Origin: an uncultured virus (IMG/VR IMGVR_UViG_3300035670_000116)
Lineage: Duplodnaviria > Heunggongvirae > Uroviricota > Caudoviricetes
Reading direction: 5' to 3' (one strand)
Virus record (IMG/VR): IMGVR_UViG_3300035670_000116
DNA: 64,000 nt
Made by a program: the position numbers and the translations under genes. Under the pieces are notes generated by a model. That model saw nothing but the letters and a program-made list of their open reading frames with translations, did not search any database and was not told the origin of the DNA. This document shows, in pieces, positions 46,877-57,200 of the stretch (positions are counted from its first letter, which is position 1; each line of letters starts with the position of its first letter).

Positions 46877-47623
46877 ATGGCAGGTCCAGCTCTATATAAG
46901 GGTAAGGTTGGCTCCACTGGTGTTTCCACCGGTCCCCATGCGCATTTCACCCTTACCAAAGACGGAAAGGAAATTCCTCTTTCGATTGCGCGTAAAGATA
47001 TTGGCCAGTATTTACAGTTTCGCCTGCCAGGCAAGGAAGAGTGGCAGTCTGTTTATAGCCCAGAAAACCAAGGCTTCAGACTAAATCCTGGAACCCAAAT
47101 AACAAGCCCTATGGGGAAAAGGACTGCGCCAACAGCTGGTGCATCTACATATCATCGGGGTGAAGATTACGCATTTCCAGAAGGAACCTCTCTCCGTTTT
47201 CTTGGACAGGGTTCAGTTTCCACCCATGCAGGCATGGGAAATGCCGGGAACGTTTCCGTATTACGTACCGGTCCTTACGAGCTTCAAACGTTTCACCTGA
47301 GTGAACTTCCCCAAGCTGCAACCACACGCAAAAGTGATGCAAGTTTTGGTGGAGATTCGGCAACTTCTCAAGCTTTGGCCCAGGCTTTTGTCGAAAATGA
47401 AATTGCAAATAAAACTCAGCAAGGCCAATTGATTGATGCTTTGATCAATGTCCTTGGTGAAAAAGAAAAACCCAAAACTCTCATGGAGCAAATGAAGGAA
47501 GGGTTGATTGGTGGGATGATGCAACAGGTGTTAACTCCCAAAAATTTCCTTGCGCAGTTCGCTGGCGATGATCCATATCTTCAGGGTCAACGCTATGCCA
47601 CAAACCAATTCTTTGGGCTGTGA
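46877..47623 (+). CDS. circularly permuted M23 peptidase
   Basis: GSTGVSTGPHAHF precedes ITSPMG...HRGED...FHLS. Confidence 0.75.
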   Translation: MAGPALYKGKVGSTGVSTGPHAHFTLTKDGKEIPLSIARKDIGQYLQFRLPGKEEWQSVYSPENQGFRLNPGTQITSPMGKRTAPTAGASTYHRGEDYAFPEGTSLRFLGQGSVSTHAGMGNAGNVSVLRTGPYELQTFHLSELPQAATTRKSDASFGGDSATSQALAQAFVENEIANKTQQGQLIDALINVLGEKEKPKTLMEQMKEGLIGGMMQQVLTPKNFLAQFAGDDPYLQGQRYATNQFFGL

Positions 47624-47666
47624 TTGATTTTCTGCAACTATAATTAATTAATGCTGGAAGGTAGAA

Positions 47667-48128
47667 GTGCAATTATCTGACTTCGATAAAAGTAGGGTCA
47701 GGTATCACCTGGGTTACTTCACGGTTTCCGTTCCTGCGGGCGATTATGCTCGTTTGGAAGAAGCCCTGAATACAGTCCCGGACTCATATTTTTACGACAA
47801 GATTGTTATTCAAATTGGTCGTTGTGATACGGCTGAAAAGAAAACAGAAGTTGCAACTTCTCCATCTACCCGACTGGAAAGTATTGCTGGCGACGTTGAT
47901 CGTACGATTCGTTCCAGTAATGCCAAAGAAGCGTTAAAGGTTTGGGATGAGATTTATCTCTACGAAACCAACCGTTTGGCAAATATCTTGTACGTACCCA
48001 ACTACAAGGATCCTTTCCAGGCTCGGTATCGGTATGAGCGCTCAGGTGCGGAATTTATTCAGGCTTTACCTGGCCCAGCTGATACTGCAGTGGGTTCTCG
48101 TATTTATCTTCATCAGGTTTGGCGATAA
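47667..48128 (+). CDS. structural protein, possible head-tail adaptor
   Basis: LSDFDKSRVRYHLGY N-terminus; position. Confidence 0.55.
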   Translation: MQLSDFDKSRVRYHLGYFTVSVPAGDYARLEEALNTVPDSYFYDKIVIQIGRCDTAEKKTEVATSPSTRLESIAGDVDRTIRSSNAKEALKVWDEIYLYETNRLANILYVPNYKDPFQARYRYERSGAEFIQALPGPADTAVGSRIYLHQVWR

Positions 48129-49486
48129 TGGGTAAACTATTTCAACAGCTGCTTCAACAAGCCGGTCGTCGCGCTCAGGCACAGGTAGCCCCGGCAGCTC
48201 GAGGTTTTGCAAACACTGTTGTTGCACCTATTGTTCGCTCTGCAGGCGTTGTAGATGATGCTGTAGTGCGTCCTGCATCTGCTTTTGGACAGAGAATCCT
48301 TAATCAACGTGGACGCGGTAATATCGTTCCAAACTTTTCGGGCAGCCAGCTGGTACAACAGGCTGTTGGTAGTTTTACGCCGCGTGTTCCTTTTGGAAAT
48401 ACTCCTTTTCGTGGGGATGCAGTTCAACGATTTATGCAGGAGTTTGGAGGTGTAGTAACCCCTGGTGTTACGCGTACTGCAGCTTCATTGCGTCCTGGGC
48501 CAACGGCGGCCGCTTTTCCCCTGGATGATGCGTTAACTCGTTTAGGTGGACAAGCGCGTTATCTTCAACGCCAGGCACAAACCGGCCTTGAAACAAGTAT
48601 CGGACAGGTTGGCGGTATTTATAAAAACCTTCAGGGGATTGGACCAACAGCTTTAAATCCTTTAGCTACACGTACGCCAACAACTTTACTTGGAAGAGCG
48701 GGTAAATTCATTAATCCACTTAATCCAACCAACGCTGTTGGCTATTTAACCGGGGGCCTTATCTCCACTTTCTTGCCTGAGAATGATCCCAATCGCGGCA
48801 ATGCTGAAATTTTTGCCTACACACCCGGTGGGTTAATTCCAAAAATTGCGGCAACAACCATTTTTGGAGCAACTCCCGCTGGTGTTTCTGACGAAAAAGA
48901 AGCTGAGTTAATTCGTCAATCAAACGCCTTGCGCCAAATTGGTCAAAACTATAAAGTCAACGGTATTGAATATGACGTTAAAACTGGACGTGCTATAAAT
49001 CCTCCAGTGAATACGCTTGTTCCTGCCCGTAGTTTTGGTGGTGGCAATTCTCCGCCACCTCCTCCTGCCTTACCTGCTTCTCCAGGCTCAAGGCAGCAAG
49101 CCGGACAACAGACCCCTGTTATTTCAGACGTTCCAGTTGGTGGAGCGTTTGCGGGAGGCCCTACTTACCAGGGCGCAGGCGTGTCTAACGGGGCCGGTGT
49201 TCCCGCATTACGCCAAAATGTTCAAAACCGCGCACTCTCTCAAGAAGTACTTAATGCTGCTCAGCAGTACTCTGCTCCTACAGGTATCCCCCTTTCTTCC
49301 TTCTATGAGGGCCAGCAGCAACTGGGTAGGAGAATGCAGCAGACTGGAGAGTTGCAGCGTCAACTGACAGAATTAGGTGGTGCAACTGGGATGACGCCGG
49401 AAGCCCTGATGCAGTGGGCACAAGCGAATCCTGGTCTTGCTTACCGCGAACTCCAAAGGCTCCAGCGCAGGAGAGGCGGCCAATGA
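48119..49486 (+). CDS. low-complexity putative internal virion protein, 455 aa
   Basis: G/A/Q/P-rich; coupled to lysozyme. Confidence 0.65.
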   Translation: MAIMGKLFQQLLQQAGRRAQAQVAPAARGFANTVVAPIVRSAGVVDDAVVRPASAFGQRILNQRGRGNIVPNFSGSQLVQQAVGSFTPRVPFGNTPFRGDAVQRFMQEFGGVVTPGVTRTAASLRPGPTAAAFPLDDALTRLGGQARYLQRQAQTGLETSIGQVGGIYKNLQGIGPTALNPLATRTPTTLLGRAGKFINPLNPTNAVGYLTGGLISTFLPENDPNRGNAEIFAYTPGGLIPKIAATTIFGATPAGVSDEKEAELIRQSNALRQIGQNYKVNGIEYDVKTGRAINPPVNTLVPARSFGGGNSPPPPPALPASPGSRQQAGQQTPVISDVPVGGAFAGGPTYQGAGVSNGAGVPALRQNVQNRALSQEVLNAAQQYSAPTGIPLSSFYEGQQQLGRRMQQTGELQRQLTELGGATGMTPEALMQWAQANPGLAYRELQRLQRRRGGQ

Positions 49487-50178
49487 ATGAACGTCAGTTT
49501 CTAGAAAAGTTCCGCAGTACTCCTGAGGGTCAACGTCTTCTAAAAACCATTCGGTTTGCAGAAGGTACCGCTGGTCTGGAAGGTTACCGAACCATGTTTG
49601 GTGGCGGCACTTTCTCTGATTTGAGCCGACATCCAGACCGCGTTATCCGCAGTGGTGGTTACGCAAGTGCTGCCGCAGGTGCTTATCAGTTTCTCCCTGG
49701 AACATGGCAGAGACAAGCTTCTCGTCTTGGCCTGAAGCGCTTCGGTGAAACAGAACAGGACATTGCTGCTTTAGCCTTGGCTCGTAATCGCCTGATGGAT
49801 ATTGGTGGCTTGGAAACCGTCCGCAAGGAAGGTCTGAGCAAGCGTGTTGCTGCAGCACTGGCACCGGAGTGGGCATCCTTCCCAACCGAAACAGGACGCA
49901 GCTATTACGGACAACCTGTTAAATCCCTGGAAGCACTCCAGCGTTATTACGGTTCAGCTCCGGTTTCTGCGCCTGCTCCTACGCAATCTGTTGCAGCGGC
50001 TTCAGCCACTCCTCAGATTTCCACAGAAGCATTGACGACTGCCCTTCGCAAGAAGAGAGCAACATCATTGCTTGATACTGTGAAAGCTGGCCTGCTTGAA
50101 GGATTGATTCAACAATCTCTTCAAGGAACTCCTTCAATTCTGGGGATGCCAGCAGTATTCCCGTTCGGAGGTCTTTAA
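49483..50178 (+). CDS. lambda-type lysozyme/transglycosylase (GH104-like), probably virion-associated
   Basis: IRFAEGT...SAAAGAYQFLPGTW...LAPEWASFP; ATGA overlap fixes start. Confidence 0.85.
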   Translation: MNERQFLEKFRSTPEGQRLLKTIRFAEGTAGLEGYRTMFGGGTFSDLSRHPDRVIRSGGYASAAAGAYQFLPGTWQRQASRLGLKRFGETEQDIAALALARNRLMDIGGLETVRKEGLSKRVAAALAPEWASFPTETGRSYYGQPVKSLEALQRYYGSAPVSAPAPTQSVAAASATPQISTEALTTALRKKRATSLLDTVKAGLLEGLIQQSLQGTPSILGMPAVFPFGGL

Positions 50179-50180
50179 TC

Positions 50181-50423
50181 ATGGCGTACTCTGATTACTC
50201 TGATAAATACCTTCCGGGGGAGTATTTGCGTGCAAAGTTTGGTTCAGGAGTTTTTCGCTTCGTACCAGATACGCAAACCACCATGGACAGTGAATCATTT
50301 CAGCGGTTCCTCAATCTTCAGAGGAACCCTGAAAGTTTATTCTCAGAAGCCGTGAAATATCCGAAAGGATTCACGGATTACATGAATTTCATGCAGGAGT
50401 TTGGCTTGACTCCAAGGGCGTGA
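50181..50423 (+). CDS. hypothetical protein
   Basis: Tiles in operon. Confidence 0.6.
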   Translation: MAYSDYSDKYLPGEYLRAKFGSGVFRFVPDTQTTMDSESFQRFLNLQRNPESLFSEAVKYPKGFTDYMNFMQEFGLTPRA

Positions 50424-50460
50424 TACTCCCTTATAATGATTAAAAAGGTAAAGTAAAAAC

Positions 50461-51240
50461 GTGGCAAGTACGAGTACAAACAAGCAGCCCTTACTGGTTG
50501 ACCGCCCGTTGTTTGATTCCGTGCGCGTCACGACTCAGACCGTTGGCAGCCAAGCTGGTAACACCATCTTTGTGCAGGGTGGCCAAGCTCCTTCCATCCT
50601 GGTGGACATGGATGCGGCCCTGGAAGAGGACAATAATAATGGCGGCGTGATTGATTCGATCACGATCACGCGTAACGATTACTACCGTGACGCAGATTAC
50701 GTTGTTTCCAGTGGCACTTCTGGAACCGTTATTTCGCTCACCAGTGGTCAAGTTGTCTTGATCTTTACCACCGGCGTATTGGGTACTCCGGCTGCCAGTG
50801 GTTTTGGTTACTACACATACACCGGTGCTACTACACTGACCGGTGTTAATACCGATCTTCTTTACTCTGGTGGTACGTCGAGCGGCTTTACCTACAACGG
50901 TGTCAACTACGGTTACCAGCCAGAAGTAACTTTCGTGTTCTACCACACCCGTGGTACGACCACTCCTATCCCTGCTTCTGGCGATTACAAAGTTCTGTTT
51001 GCTAAGCAGGTCCCAGCCAACACCCAGCGTGTTGATTGCTCTGATGTAATGCCTGAGCTTGCAGCTCCTACTGTTTCCGCTGGCGACATCACTGGCCTTA
51101 GCAACGGTGTCCCCCTCCGCAACCGTGGCATTTACCTGGAGCGTGGTGACCGTATTTACGTTGGCGTGTTCGCAGACGGCCCCAACGTTTCTGGTTACAC
51201 CCCTGGTGCCCACATCCTTGCTCAAGGCGGATTTTTCTAA
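50461..51240 (+). CDS. beta-rich structural protein
   Basis: T/G/S/Y-rich, ends AQGGFF; biased codons. Confidence 0.7.
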   Translation: MASTSTNKQPLLVDRPLFDSVRVTTQTVGSQAGNTIFVQGGQAPSILVDMDAALEEDNNNGGVIDSITITRNDYYRDADYVVSSGTSGTVISLTSGQVVLIFTTGVLGTPAASGFGYYTYTGATTLTGVNTDLLYSGGTSSGFTYNGVNYGYQPEVTFVFYHTRGTTTPIPASGDYKVLFAKQVPANTQRVDCSDVMPELAAPTVSAGDITGLSNGVPLRNRGIYLERGDRIYVGVFADGPNVSGYTPGAHILAQGGFF

Positions 51241-51243
51241 ACC

Positions 51244-52806
51244 ATGGCCAAAAAGAGTGGAAGCTCTTTTGGGAATTTCAATAAGGCCGAAGTTTTTGAT
51301 CCTCGGCCTGTAAAACCGATCACGACTGAATTTTCCAGGGGTTCGGTTCCAGACTCGATTTACTCTGTGAACAGGGAGTCAGCCTGGTCCCGCTGGCGTC
51401 GTGGTTACGAAATTGCAACAGCCTGCTTCTACGACAACTCATACGACTATCCTTTCATCTACAAAGTCCCCGTTCCAGCCGGCACCCCCTCCACTGGCGG
51501 CAACCAACCCACGATTCCAGGTGTCTTTAAAGGTTTTCCGACAAAGAACAAAGAATTTGGTATGCACTGGGCTGGCGTACGCGTGGCTGGCAGTTTACGG
51601 TTTGATAATGTTCTCGATAGCACTGGTGTGCGTGCTTCTATTTCTTCTGTCACTGAAGACGCTAATTTCTGGTACGTCCAATTAGCAGGAACCTGGAGCG
51701 TTGCCAACCCTCTTCCGCCTCCGCTTTACGTCGCTCTCCCAGGTGTTCCAGGGGGATTAAAAGCAATTAACGGAGAGATCCTGGAGGACAGGATCATTAC
51801 TCCTGGTGGTGTACCCATCGATAGGGATACGATTGATCCAACAACCCAAAAGCGGTATGGGTACGTTTCTGCCGTACTTGCAGATACGGATCCGTTCAAT
51901 GGAATCCTGAAGATTCGAAAGTCAGGTTCTGTCGAAGCAACACCAGACCGTGCCCTGGTCACACCTGCGACACGCCCACCGAATGTGGGACGTTTCTTCA
52001 TGACGGGCACCAGATATTGCTGTTCTTGTCAAGATTTCAACCGACGTGAGTACGGATTTATTAGTTCGCTTAACAAGGTTTCCGACTCGTTAAAGAACAA
52101 ATTTCCGCGTACGAATGTTGCATCATTGAAACCAGGTCGTTATGAAATCATCACCCTGAAAGGGCAGGTGGATAACAATGCAATGACCAGTGCCCAAGAA
52201 AATAGGGACATGCAGATTATTGCCCCAGCTCCTCAGTATGGGGTGCCTCCGACAGTCACACCAACAAGCTCTATAAAACCCGGTTCTGCTAGGGATAATC
52301 CAGGCGTGTTCCGCGACTTTGGTGCGATGTACATTCGCAATACCTCGGATCCCTCTCTTCCAGGTTCAAGATCAGAAGGTATGCCCAGTTATGCGGACTA
52401 CTCTGCTGCTGGCAACGTCATCACATCGTTGACGGACACCTGGACCCCACTACTGGATGAGATGCGTTACTGCAAACACATCTATGCCATGAAGTACGAA
52501 GAAGGTGTGTTTCCTCCTGAGCCTTCCGACTTTCCTGTGGGCATTGAAAGCATGGCAGCGTGGGAGCAGAAGTTGGTTGAAGAGACCGAGAAAGATCAAA
52601 CGGAAGCCAAAGCTGCGAACTTACAACGCCGCTCCCTGTCGACCATGGATGTTCCTCCTTACAACTGCCAGGCGCCGATGATGATGCCGATGATGCAGAA
52701 GCTTTTCAATATCCCATCTACTTTTGTAAAGATGGCCGGTTTTACAATGATCGATAAAAACGGAGGCACTTACATCCCAGCTTCCGGCGAACGACCAGCT
52801 GTTTAG
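51244..52806 (+). CDS. 520-aa protein with split SWIM-like zinc finger
   Basis: YCCSCQDF and YCKHIYA far apart. Confidence 0.65.
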   Translation: MAKKSGSSFGNFNKAEVFDPRPVKPITTEFSRGSVPDSIYSVNRESAWSRWRRGYEIATACFYDNSYDYPFIYKVPVPAGTPSTGGNQPTIPGVFKGFPTKNKEFGMHWAGVRVAGSLRFDNVLDSTGVRASISSVTEDANFWYVQLAGTWSVANPLPPPLYVALPGVPGGLKAINGEILEDRIITPGGVPIDRDTIDPTTQKRYGYVSAVLADTDPFNGILKIRKSGSVEATPDRALVTPATRPPNVGRFFMTGTRYCCSCQDFNRREYGFISSLNKVSDSLKNKFPRTNVASLKPGRYEIITLKGQVDNNAMTSAQENRDMQIIAPAPQYGVPPTVTPTSSIKPGSARDNPGVFRDFGAMYIRNTSDPSLPGSRSEGMPSYADYSAAGNVITSLTDTWTPLLDEMRYCKHIYAMKYEEGVFPPEPSDFPVGIESMAAWEQKLVEETEKDQTEAKAANLQRRSLSTMDVPPYNCQAPMMMPMMQKLFNIPSTFVKMAGFTMIDKNGGTYIPASGERPAV

Positions 52807-52808
52807 TT

Positions 52809-53030
52809 ATGACAAACTTTGGAGACGTTGTTTCAACCAACTTCATTTACTCCCAAGAGCAGATTGATGGGAGGATTTATGGCGATAGCGAAATTCAATA
52901 CAGTGGCATCCCAACTGTGTACCACGCAGGTGATGTAGTACATTTGCCCTACCAATCAGGTGAGCTTTCGACCATCGAAGCGATTGGCCTTGCCTGGGCA
53001 GCGTTTGCAAGTGGAATCGGTCCAGAGTAA
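52809..53030 (+). CDS. hypothetical structural protein
   Basis: Tiles in operon. Confidence 0.6.
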   Translation: MTNFGDVVSTNFIYSQEQIDGRIYGDSEIQYSGIPTVYHAGDVVHLPYQSGELSTIEAIGLAWAAFASGIGPE

Positions 53031-53138
53031 CATAATGTAAACTTATGGTAACCCTACAGGGTTTATTAAGAAATCCTTTACCCCTTGCGACCTGGTACCC
53101 CTGATGTTTAGCTTCGGGTTATCCAGTTCATCTCAGCT

Positions 53139-53561
53139 ATGTCTCAGTCACTGCCTGTGGACCAGCGGATTGTAGATGAGTTCTTCCAGCTGGCGTCTCA
53201 ACGTAAGACAAAGAATGTTGCGTGGCTTTACGGAATGGTTGCCACGTATGGCCTAAAGCCAAATGAGTTGTGTGGTTTTGAGTGGGGTCCAGATGATACG
53301 ATTCACGTCCCCAGCAAGAAACGCCCTGTCCGCCCACTGCACAATCAGTGGGTTTTGCTTTTTGGCCTAAAAGAAAAACGGCCCCACGTTATGCGGAGCC
53401 GTTGGGAGTCTCTTTCCGTATCCCTGTACCACGCCATTGCTTATCAGGAAGTTCGTTTGAACATCACTGACCTACTCCTGGCGCACCGCATCCGAAAGAA
53501 CTACGCTCGTTCCTTCAAACAGAAACCGCCATCTTCCCTTGCTTTTGCAGGTGCTTCCTGA
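53139..53561 (+). CDS. truncated, catalytically degenerate tyrosine-recombinase-derived protein
   Basis: WLYGMVATYGLKPNEL and RPVRPLHNQWVLLFGL resemble cyanobacterial integrase motifs. Confidence 0.65.
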   Translation: MSQSLPVDQRIVDEFFQLASQRKTKNVAWLYGMVATYGLKPNELCGFEWGPDDTIHVPSKKRPVRPLHNQWVLLFGLKEKRPHVMRSRWESLSVSLYHAIAYQEVRLNITDLLLAHRIRKNYARSFKQKPPSSLAFAGAS

Positions 53562-53733
53562 CGGCACGCACGTTCCAGCGATAGGTGTCGCGAGAGCGGG
53601 TTTCGGGGAAGGCAGCAAAGTGCGGACCCAGCTTCAGAGTGCCGTCGTCGCGGTACTTGAAGAGTGTCTTGCGGTCAATGCCAAGCATGGCTTCCGCTTT
53701 GTGGACGGGGAACCAACCACAGGTTCGAGACAT
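53515..53733 (-). CDS. excisionase/MerR-like HTH protein
   Basis: KAEAMLGIDRKTLFKYR...LKLGPHF...YRWNV. Confidence 0.7.
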   Translation of the reverse strand: MSRTCGWFPVHKAEAMLGIDRKTLFKYRDDGTLKLGPHFAAFPETRSRDTYRWNVRAVRKHLQKQGKMAVSV

Positions 53734-53870
53734 GGCGTAAGAAAACGCGGACCTTCGTACGGTATCAACCCATGTACACAGGTCAAGGTTCTTTAGGAAA
53801 CATTTGGTTTTCTGTTGTGGTTCGATACAAATGAGGCGAAATTAAAATAAGGTAACGGCAACTAAAGAGT

Positions 53871-54239
53871 ATGTTCAACTGTGAGCAGGAGCCCCTCTCC
53901 CTACTCATTGAATTAACTCCCAAGTTAGCGAAGAAACGTTATCGACAGTCAATCTACGAAGCCTGGAATCACAAATGTGCTTATTGCAAGGCAGACGCAA
54001 CGAGCCTTGATCACATCATTCCTCGTTTCAAGTCAGGCTCCAGCAACCGCAACAACCTGGTACCCGCATGCCGCAGTTGTAATTCAAACAAAGCAAGTTA
54101 CAAGATGGAAGAGTGGTATACCAAACAGGAATTCTATGATGAGGTCCAGATGGAAAAGATCTGTTGCTGGATGACGCAAGAAGTCATTGATATTTTCCAA
54201 TACACAAGTCCGGGTTTCCAACCAGGGTTTGCGGTTTAA
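53871..54239 (+). CDS. HNH endonuclease
   Basis: CAYC...LDHIIP...NLVPACRSCNSNK. Confidence 0.9.
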   Translation: MFNCEQEPLSLLIELTPKLAKKRYRQSIYEAWNHKCAYCKADATSLDHIIPRFKSGSSNRNNLVPACRSCNSNKASYKMEEWYTKQEFYDEVQMEKICCWMTQEVIDIFQYTSPGFQPGFAV

Positions 54240-54284
54240 TCCTTGGTAAGATAAAGAAAAATCGATTTGTTATAAGGTAGCAGC

Positions 54285-57200
54285 ATGCCACTTAAAAGCA
54301 TGGTTGGCTTTGATGATTCTCCGGGGGCATCGGGATCATTTGGGCTTGTCAATGATTATGCTGCTGCCAAAGCTCAAGGTTTTTCTGATGCCGATATTCG
54401 TTTTTATTTAGAGAATCAATATAAAGGAGTAATCAACCAAGGGATGTTGAGCAAGCTTCAGGATTCTTCCTGGGGCGTGATTCCGTTCGATGCGTTTGGA
54501 TCTGAAGAAGTTGATAAAAATAATCCCTATCAATTTCAAAATCCTTCGCCTCCACAGGTTCAATACACTAGCGGCGGTGGAATTCGTTATAACGCAAAAA
54601 CTAAAACTTGGAGTGTCGGTCAAGAAAAAACAGATTACAGAACTAATTACCCTACCAATGCGCCAACAAACCGCAAGACAGATTATCCGACGAATTTAAA
54701 CTCAAACAATCCATTACCTAATTTTTTACCAACAGATTTACCAATTAATCTGTCAACGACTTTAAAAACAGATCACAAAACTGATTACAGAACTGATTTT
54801 CCAACAAACTTAACCAAGCAAGTTACCAAATACAGAAATGCCTGGAATCCCAGAGGAGGTAGCTATCGGACCTCGTACAAAGAAACGGTTGATGACACCG
54901 ATGCAAATAATGCAAACCGTCAAAAGAACGAAGAAAACGCTCGCTTAAACGAACAAAATCGAAACCTAAATGCTACTAACGCACGTTTAAATGTAGAAAA
55001 CGCTGCTACAAATACTCGTAACTATGAAACCAACTTAAGGAACTCACAACAAAACCTGGAGATTCAAAAAGAAAGGAATCGTATTACAGAACTTAATACA
55101 AAAAATGCAAATATCAATTCTCAAAATACTCAGCTGAACAATACAAACCGTCAGCTAAATTATGAGGCGCGTCGTTTAAACGAAAACAACGCACAATTAA
55201 ATCAAGAAAATACTCAGATTAACCGCGAAAATACAGCGTTAAATAATCTGTACAGCAAAACTGTCAGTATTGCTTCTTCTACTAGGGGTGGGGATTACGT
55301 CAATCAACGTGATCAGATCACTTACGATTCCCTGCTCCAAGCTGGGATGAGTCTCAGTGACGCCAAGCAGGCTATTGGTAACATCCTGCCGCAGTTCAAA
55401 CTGTTTTATCAAACGGAAAAGCTTGTTCCATGGGATAGCTCCCTTGGAGCACAACCCCCCTATGGTACGTTCGACCCTCTTTACTACAGAGGACAAAATC
55501 CAACTGTAGATGCTGCTTGGCAGCGAGCAGTTGCTATCGATGATATTGACATTACAGAACGGTATGGTCAAAACAATTACTTTTGGCAGCATTACACCAA
55601 TATTGGCAGGTCTCAAGGTCTGCGGGGTAATAAAGAAGAAGATTTGGTTGCCGCTCAAAGATATGTAGAAGAAGCTTTAACAGATCAAGAAATTCAAACA
55701 ATTCGAGATCTGCAGCTTGGTGTTGACACCGACACAATTACGCAGCGTTTGTTGAATGTTCCCGAGGTCTCCAATGAATGGACTAAAGCTCGCCAAGGAG
55801 ATTCTTACTGGAAGCAGCTTGCAAAAGAAAAATATTTGGACGTAAATAAGCCCGAGGAATTTGCTGTTCTTTTCCGTTTGTCTGAACGACCGGAAGATAA
55901 ACAAATTATTTTGACCTACAACATCAATGCTGGTAGCGGCATTACTGAATTAGAGGATGCAATTAACACTGCGATCAACACTAAGAAAACTGTTGAGATT
56001 AAAAAGTTTGCCGCGTTGAACCAGACGATCTTGAAGGATGCCATCGCTGAAATGAAGAAACAGCGTGGCCGCCAGGAAATGATGGAGTTCTTCCGGGGCT
56101 TTGAGGGCTTTACAGAAGTCATGGATATCAACCAAGAGATTGCTAATTCAATTCTTGGAGATACCGGGGTAGGCGGTATTTTGTCGATTACCTCCGGAAA
56201 GAAAGGAGAAGAAAGTCTGCTCAACTCTCTTCAAAATGTCACCGGCATGCGCAACAATGTTGTGTATAACTGGCAACAATGGTTTGATCAATCAATTAAA
56301 GAAAAGTACGGCATTGATTACTCCTTGTTTGAACCCCTGGAAGAAAAACGAGACATCATTAACGCGTTCCTTGACGCAACAGAGAAAGCTTACGATCCCA
56401 GTAAAAGCGAGTTCAGTTCTAAATTCTTGAATGAAGCCGGGTTTGATAGCACCCAATCTCTTCTTGATTTCTTAGGTAAACAAGGGCCAGAAGGTCAGAC
56501 AATTCTTACTGCTATCCAGGGTGATCCAGGGGATAGTTCAAAGTTGACTCTGCAACCTATCTTGTCACGCTTGGAAGCGGACATCAAAACCATGGATGAA
56601 AGCAAGAACCGTGGTCTTGCGCTTGCCTACAGCACCGGTGCGGATACCGGGATGATGAATATTGAAGCTCAATACGCAAGAAATTACATCGATGAGTACT
56701 TGATTCCTCGATTCAATACGTCCAAATCTATGGACGAATTTATTGAAATGCTTGATGTTCAACAAAACGAACGCAACCCATTTGAGATCACAGATATTGA
56801 TCGCACTCTGAAGAAGTTGGGTGAACTGCAAAGCCAGGTTTACCTTGATCAAGTAAAGCAGCAGGGTCCCAGGGGATTTGATCCCAACTTCTATTTCAAC
56901 CCAACGGGAGATCGCAGCCGTGCTACTCAGTATGCCAATCAAAAGAAAACGGTCGAAGAAGATTGGGAAGCCGCAAAGAATGATGATCCTTACTGGGCCG
57001 CACAAGTTTATCGCTTTGGTATTGATGTAAACAACAAAGCAGCATTTGCACGAATGCACTTTGAAGTCAAAGGTCAAGGCAAAGGGTATGACGCAGCTGA
57101 TGACATTACGAATGCCAGCAAGGTTCAGGATTTTATTTCCATGAACGTCATGCCGATATTGGAGAAGGAAGCAGATAAGGCCGAAGTGATCTTTGGTACT

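Noticed and set aside
53024..53042. HLR1 (RpaB) site TTTACATT-AT-GTTACTCT on minus strand
   Set aside because: Second half-site has two mismatches in AT-rich DNA; too weak
53139..53561. Functional integrase and temperate lifestyle
   Set aside because: Too short, catalytic residues missing, no att site or repressor recognised
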